From the sequence record KT895374.1: 64,000 nucleotides of DNA. One strand, written 5' to 3'. A program made the position numbers and the translations under genes. The notes below the pieces were generated by a model. That model saw only the letters and a list, made by a program, of their open reading frames with translations. It did not search any database and was not told where the DNA came from. Position 1 is the first letter of the stretch, and each line of letters starts with the position of its first letter. Of this stretch, positions 59,285 to 64,000 are shown one piece after another.

Positions 59285-60487
59285 ATGGATAATTTAAAAA
59301 ATAGATTAGAAGAATTAAATTTTAATATCGATAATAATTTAATACTTCTATCATTAGAAACATTAGATAAAAGAGATCTTGAAATTTTTAAATATATAGA
59401 ACACTGTGATAACCATATAAATAAAAATTTTTATAAATTGGATCTTAATATTTTTATCGAAGAATTTAATAAAATAAATAAGGTAAATTCTATTTTATTT
59501 CTAAGGCAAAATATAGTGTGCTTTAAATTGTCTAATTATGATCTTACAGAAATTGGGGGAATCAATAATCCAAAATATATAGTTCCAATTTTAACTTTAA
59601 TCTTTGAAATATTCTTAGAAAATAATATTTCATATGAGGTTGAAACATTACCTTATAAAAATGATTATCTTAATCTTTTAAGTAAACATTATGAAATTGT
59701 AAGAAGTATTCAAAAAAAGGATACCCCGTATAAAATTTCTTTTGATAGATCAGTTCTTGATACTGGAAATATTTTTAAGAAGATTGTTAAATTTATTTAT
59801 GAAGTAGTGTGTAAAAATTATGATGTCTCAGATTTTAAGAAAGATTTAAATTTTTTAAAAACCGATAGTTATGAAAGAGAAAATTTAAATTATCCTTATT
59901 TAGATTTAATGTATTTTGGAATACTAAAACCTACTGGTCATATTAGTAATGGTGTATGGTATGATTTTGTAGAATTAAATTATAAACTTTTATATAAAGA
60001 TTTAGATTTAAAAGATAAGGGAGCTATCAAATTATATTTCAATAGACTATTGGATGATTTTAAAAAGAGATTAGAAAATAAAAATAGAAAAAAATTATTT
60101 AATAAGAAAGAAGCATTGAAAAGTAATCAAAATTTAAGAAAAGCTTTGGAGGATTTTGATAAATATAAAGAAGTTTTTTACAGCAAATCTTTAACATATG
60201 GTCTAAATCCATTAGATTTATTAGCACATAGAAGTATATTCAAATATGAATATATGAAGTTAATAAATAATGCTTTAGTATTATTATTGGACAATTTAAA
60301 TCCAAAAGATCCAGATGATTTAGAGAAATTAACAAATTTGGAAAAACATTTGTTAAACAATCGGGGAAGATTTCAAGATGGTTATGATTTTTCTACTATA
60401 CTAAGGAAAGAATTATTTGAAGAGATTTATAATAGTTCAGAGGGTTATAAAAGGTTAATGACTAAAAAAAGTCTTAATGAAATATAA
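59285..60487 (+). CDS. hypothetical protein (400 aa)
   Basis: Long ORF with GGAG RBS; no motif recognised. Confidence 0.75.
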   Translation: MDNLKNRLEELNFNIDNNLILLSLETLDKRDLEIFKYIEHCDNHINKNFYKLDLNIFIEEFNKINKVNSILFLRQNIVCFKLSNYDLTEIGGINNPKYIVPILTLIFEIFLENNISYEVETLPYKNDYLNLLSKHYEIVRSIQKKDTPYKISFDRSVLDTGNIFKKIVKFIYEVVCKNYDVSDFKKDLNFLKTDSYERENLNYPYLDLMYFGILKPTGHISNGVWYDFVELNYKLLYKDLDLKDKGAIKLYFNRLLDDFKKRLENKNRKKLFNKKEALKSNQNLRKALEDFDKYKEVFYSKSLTYGLNPLDLLAHRSIFKYEYMKLINNALVLLLDNLNPKDPDDLEKLTNLEKHLLNNRGRFQDGYDFSTILRKELFEEIYNSSEGYKRLMTKKSLNEI

Positions 60488-60492
60488 TAATT

Positions 60493-60526
60493 AAATAAGA
60501 ATAATCATTAATGATTATTCTTATTT
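60493..60526. terminator. 34-bp perfect palindrome
   Basis: AAATAAGAATAATCATT|AATGATTATTCTTATTT followed by a T-tract. Confidence 0.7.
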
Positions 60527-60596
60527 TTTTTTAATTAATTTTAAAATATATATTATTTTATAGATAATAAATAATTGAATAGTGAGGAGTTTTTCT

Positions 60597-60824
60597 ATGT
60601 TTAAAAAATTAAGAAGTATTTTTAAAAAAATTGAATGCAGACATGAGGATATTGAAAGGGGATCATTTGGAGCAATAATGATGTCTTCAGTCGATTATTA
60701 TCAATGTAACAAATGCGGCTTATACGGTGATGATGGTTTTGGGAGAAATTTAATTGAAAGAAATAATTACAAAAAACTTAAGGAACTATACTACAAAAAA
60801 AGAACTATAAAAAGAGGTTACTAA
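60597..60824 (+). CDS. small protein with a CxH...CxxC Zn-binding motif
   Basis: ECRHED...YQCNKCG; start moved to ATG 60597 (GAGGAG RBS). Confidence 0.6.
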   Translation: MFKKLRSIFKKIECRHEDIERGSFGAIMMSSVDYYQCNKCGLYGDDGFGRNLIERNNYKKLKELYYKKRTIKRGY

Positions 60825-60825
60825 A

Positions 60826-61284
60826 ATGGAAAAAAGTGAAAACTATTACAAAATAAAAGAATTATTAGAAATGAATCCTTATATAAAATCAACTGAAATA
60901 GCAAAAAGATTAAATCTAACACCAGCAACGATTTATTATTATATTAAACTCTATAATATGAGAGATAGAAATACTGAAATGAATAGTAGGAGTATTGAGA
61001 CTGTAAGAAAGATTAAAGAAGCAATTAAAAATAATCCTCACTACAATATTAGACAAATTGGAGAAAGTGTAGGTATTAGTGGAAAAAGTGCGTTTTATTA
61101 TATTACAGCATATAACCTTGCATATAAAAGTAATGAAGAAAAAGTAAAGGAATATTTAAAAGAAAATCCAGTATCAACTATAGAACAAATTTCAGAAGCA
61201 TTAAAAATTAAACATAATACAGTTTATAATATTATTTATCGCAATGATCTAAAATATTTAAAAAAGAAAAAGGGGAAAAAATAA
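60826..61284 (+). CDS. protein with three tandem HTH-like repeats
   Basis: PYIKSTEIAKRLNLT, PHYNIRQIGESVGIS, PVSTIEQISEALKIK. Confidence 0.7.
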   Translation: MEKSENYYKIKELLEMNPYIKSTEIAKRLNLTPATIYYYIKLYNMRDRNTEMNSRSIETVRKIKEAIKNNPHYNIRQIGESVGISGKSAFYYITAYNLAYKSNEEKVKEYLKENPVSTIEQISEALKIKHNTVYNIIYRNDLKYLKKKKGKK

Positions 61285-61617
61285 ATGGGTATTTTAAGAG
61301 CTTCTATGATCCAAAAGCATATAAATAAAAATCCAAATCAAAATATGGAGCAGATTGCTAAAGAACTAAAAGTTTGTAGAGGTACAATTGCAAATTTCAT
61401 TCAAAAATATAATCTAAATTATCAACCTAAAATCAAAGGTCCAGAGAGTAAAATAGATATTCAAGAATTAAAGGAAATCTTAAAGGATGCTAGGGATTGG
61501 AGACTAAAGGATATCGCTGAATATTTCGATTGTTCAATAAGTAGGATTTCAGTCATTATTAAAAAACATGAATTAAATTATAGAGATAAAAGAAAAAAGA
61601 TTAGTTTTAAAAATTAA
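61285..61617 (+). CDS. protein with two HTH-like repeats
   Basis: PNQNMEQIAKELKVCRGTI, WRLKDIAEYFDCSISRI. Confidence 0.7.
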   Translation: MGILRASMIQKHINKNPNQNMEQIAKELKVCRGTIANFIQKYNLNYQPKIKGPESKIDIQELKEILKDARDWRLKDIAEYFDCSISRISVIIKKHELNYRDKRKKISFKN

Positions 61618-61748
61618 GAAAATAAATAACAAGAAAAATGTATAATGGAAAACCGTATCAAAGAGTCTATACAAATATATATTATTAAGTTGTATGGATT
61701 TAAAATAAGATAAGGAGGATTCATAAAGATTAAAATAGTTTTAAAAGC

Positions 61749-61756
61749 TATATTAT
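61749..61756 (+). promoter_or_regulatory. early-type promoter upstream of the MoxR ATPase
   Basis: AAAGCTATATTATTAAAATG is identical to the 30832..30851 context; a second site lies at 61678..61685. Confidence 0.7.
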
Positions 61757-61811
61757 TAAAATGAAAGTAATAAAAAAACAAGTACACAAAAAAAAGGGAG
61801 AGTTTTAAATT

Positions 61812-63011
61812 ATGAAAATGTCAGGACTATTAAAAGCTATTCAAATCGCAGTTGAATCAGGATCAGTACCAATGGTTATGGGGCATGCAGGAATCGGAAA
61901 ATCTACAGTTGCAAAATTATTGGCAAAAGTGTTAGAAGAAAAGCATGATAGAGAAGTAGAATACGTTGAGGTTTATGGATCAGTTTTAAAAGAGGGCGAA
62001 TTGACAGGTATGCCAATTAATACTGTAGAAACTTACAACGGCAGAGAAATGAATGTTACTACATATACAGTTCATACTGCTGTTAAAAAACTTTGGGAAG
62101 CTAGTGATGCAGGTAAAATTCCTTTACTATTCCTAGATGAAATTAACCGTTCAGATATTGCTGTTCAACAAGAATTGATGCAAGTATTACTTACTAAAGA
62201 AATCAACGGAAATCCTCTACCAGAAGAAACAATTATGGTAGCTGCTGGAAACCCAGACAGTGAAGATGATGAAGGTTTGGATTACCAAGTAAATACAATG
62301 AACTATGCATTGCGTGATCGTTTTACTGAACTTACTCTTGAAGCAGATCCAGATGAATGGATTAAATGGGGATTGCAGTCTGTAGAAATGGAAATCAACG
62401 GTAAGAATCAAAGTACTACAATGATTCACAAAGATATCATTGAGTATATTACTAATCATCCGACAAACTTAATTATTGTTAATGCTGATCAACAAGAAAA
62501 GAATCCAACACCACGTTCTTGGGAACGTACCTCTGACGCTCTAAGATATTTTGAAAGTGAAATGAATCTAAACAATGAAGATGATCAAAAAGCATTATTA
62601 GCAGTTATTCAGGGTAATATTGGTAGTAATATTGCTAGTGACTTTATTTCATTTAAGCTTAACAATGATCAACCAATGATTGATCCTGCTAGAATCATTG
62701 ATAATAAAGATCTTGGTAAGGATGAAAAACTTCTAAAAGAAATTGAAGAAGAAACAATGATGCGTTTAAATCTTCTTTCAAGATATGTCTATATGTATAT
62801 TGCTAAAAATTACAACAACTTCAATGATAAAAAATTAGATAACTATATCACATTTTTATCTTTGATCCCATCAGATCTTCTAATGGGTACTATCAGCGAT
62901 ATCAAGAAAGATAAGTCAGAAGATGTTCGAAAAATCTTCTCTGAAAAACTAGTAACTAGTGATGAATTCATCAAGTTTGCTGGTGAAATTATTAACAGTG
63001 CTCAAAACTAA
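61812..63011 (+). CDS. MoxR-type AAA+ ATPase
   Basis: GHAGIGKS, GELTGMP, LLFLDEINR, VAAGNP, ALRDRF, PTPRSWE. Confidence 0.88.
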   Translation: MKMSGLLKAIQIAVESGSVPMVMGHAGIGKSTVAKLLAKVLEEKHDREVEYVEVYGSVLKEGELTGMPINTVETYNGREMNVTTYTVHTAVKKLWEASDAGKIPLLFLDEINRSDIAVQQELMQVLLTKEINGNPLPEETIMVAAGNPDSEDDEGLDYQVNTMNYALRDRFTELTLEADPDEWIKWGLQSVEMEINGKNQSTTMIHKDIIEYITNHPTNLIIVNADQQEKNPTPRSWERTSDALRYFESEMNLNNEDDQKALLAVIQGNIGSNIASDFISFKLNNDQPMIDPARIIDNKDLGKDEKLLKEIEEETMMRLNLLSRYVYMYIAKNYNNFNDKKLDNYITFLSLIPSDLLMGTISDIKKDKSEDVRKIFSEKLVTSDEFIKFAGEIINSAQN

Positions 63012-63028
63012 ACTAGGACGTGAATAGT

Positions 63029-64000
63029 TTGAATAAAAACCGAGTAGAAAGTAACGGGACAAGATTAGGTCTATACGAGGAAATAAAAAAGGTATATAAT
63101 CGTAAAGAATTAGTACCAGTGGAAGATTCTATTAAAAACACAAAAGAAATTAATAAGTACTTTTCACTTCTAATTACAAGTCTTATTCTTGAAAATGAAA
63201 ATGGCGAAAATAAATTTTTCGCCTTCTTCATGTCTAATCTAAGAAAAGAAATTGTACATGATCCAAAATTTGCACCTGCCGCAGTAAACTATGATGATCG
63301 AGCTAGAACATTTAATCTCTTTTTAAATCCATATAAAATGTTCTTATTTAGTGAAAAAGAAATTATTGCTGTTTTGATCCATGAATTACTTCATATTGCA
63401 AATAATCATATCTACAGATATCGAATTTTAAATTCTAGTGTAAGTTCAAAAGATATGCATAGAGTGAATATTGCAATGGATTGTGCAATTAACCAGTATA
63501 TTCCAAATTTACCAGACGGATTAATCACGCTAGATTATGTTAAAAAAGTAACTGAAATGCCTGATTTAGAAGCTAAGAGAGAATTTGAATACTACTATGA
63601 AATTCTAAAAGAAAAAGGCAAAGAGCAAGACAAAATGGAACAAGAAATGATGGATCAGTTAAAAGAAAAATTAAAAGAGCAAATGGAAGGAAACGATCAA
63701 GATAGTTCAGGTGAGGGAGAATCATCAGAAAATCAATCAGGTTCTGGACAACAAGGAGATGGATCTGAAGGAGAAAATTCTGAAAATGGTAAAGGATCAG
63801 GTGGTGGAAATCCAAATGAAATTACAGACGATGATGTTGACAGTAATGGTCAATTAAATCAATCAGGTAAAAATAAACGTTTATCTAATAGTCATGATCC
63901 TCATAGTCTTTGGAATGGTAATTCTTCTGAAAAAATGACTGAAAAAGAAATGAATGATATCATTCAAAAAATCTTAGAAGATTCTAGAGACAAAAATAAA
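63029..64000 (+). CDS. DUF2201-like HExxH metallopeptidase/vWA-associated protein, truncated by the window edge
   Basis: Open frame from TTG 63029 to the window end; AVLIHELLH, NIAMDCAINQYI, then a G/S/E-rich linker; follows the MoxR ATPase. Confidence 0.8.
   Translation, partial: MNKNRVESNGTRLGLYEEIKKVYNRKELVPVEDSIKNTKEINKYFSLLITSLILENENGENKFFAFFMSNLRKEIVHDPKFAPAAVNYDDRARTFNLFLNPYKMFLFSEKEIIAVLIHELLHIANNHIYRYRILNSSVSSKDMHRVNIAMDCAINQYIPNLPDGLITLDYVKKVTEMPDLEAKREFEYYYEILKEKGKEQDKMEQEMMDQLKEKLKEQMEGNDQDSSGEGESSENQSGSGQQGDGSEGENSENGKGSGGGNPNEITDDDVDSNGQLNQSGKNKRLSNSHDPHSLWNGNSSEKMTEKEMNDIIQKILEDSRDKNK

Noticed and set aside
2607-63815. Short opposite-strand or out-of-frame ORFs in the track (e.g. 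2607, 4301, 6217, 6499, 6653, 9488, 15735, 18672, 20293, 20546, 21007, 21555, 25248, 27726, 29313, 34552, 38262, 42141, 43826, 44191, 45505, 50174, 55980, 56615, 58903, 60178, 62217, 63013, 63573)
   Set aside because: They lie within or antisense to longer genes with clear motifs, lack RBSs, and have the Phe/Ser/Leu-rich composition of shadow frames.
1-64000. tRNA or rRNA genes
   Set aside because: I found no T-loop GTTCRA within a cloverleaf context and no rRNA-like segment by eye; tRNAscan-SE or ARAGORN would be decisive.

Overview
A 64-kb, very AT-rich segment of a jumbo bacteriophage of the phiKZ/AR9 (PBS1)-like type, most likely infecting a Bacillota host (GGAGG ribosome-binding sites, SleB-type hydrolase, lipobox protein). 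Evidence: a split multisubunit RNA polymerase beta' subunit carrying the DFDGD motif, a phage DnaB, an SbcD-like nuclease, a RecD/Dda-like helicase, a GyrB-type topoisomerase, and a long tail-fibre/baseplate operon. The left half (1-30.7 kb) is on the minus strand; the right half is mostly on the plus strand with two short minus-strand islands. Main observations: (1) two related ORF-less group IA2-like introns, one in the helicase GDPG|QLPP motif and one in the GyrB DADDDG|YHI TOPRIM motif, both with P1/P10 pairings readable from the sequence; (2) about 18 paralogues built from a 23-aa Trp repeat that all end in the same C-terminal tail, suggesting an adaptor-like system; (3) a SerRS catalytic core lacking its tRNA-binding arm, overlapping a MazG-like gene; (4) a candidate ~215-nt structured ncRNA starting exactly at a predicted phage transcription start; (5) four unannotated tandem cationic amphipathic peptides; (6) two phage promoter classes, TATATTAT-N6-G and AACA-N6-TA. 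All family assignments come from motif recognition by eye; no database searches were run.
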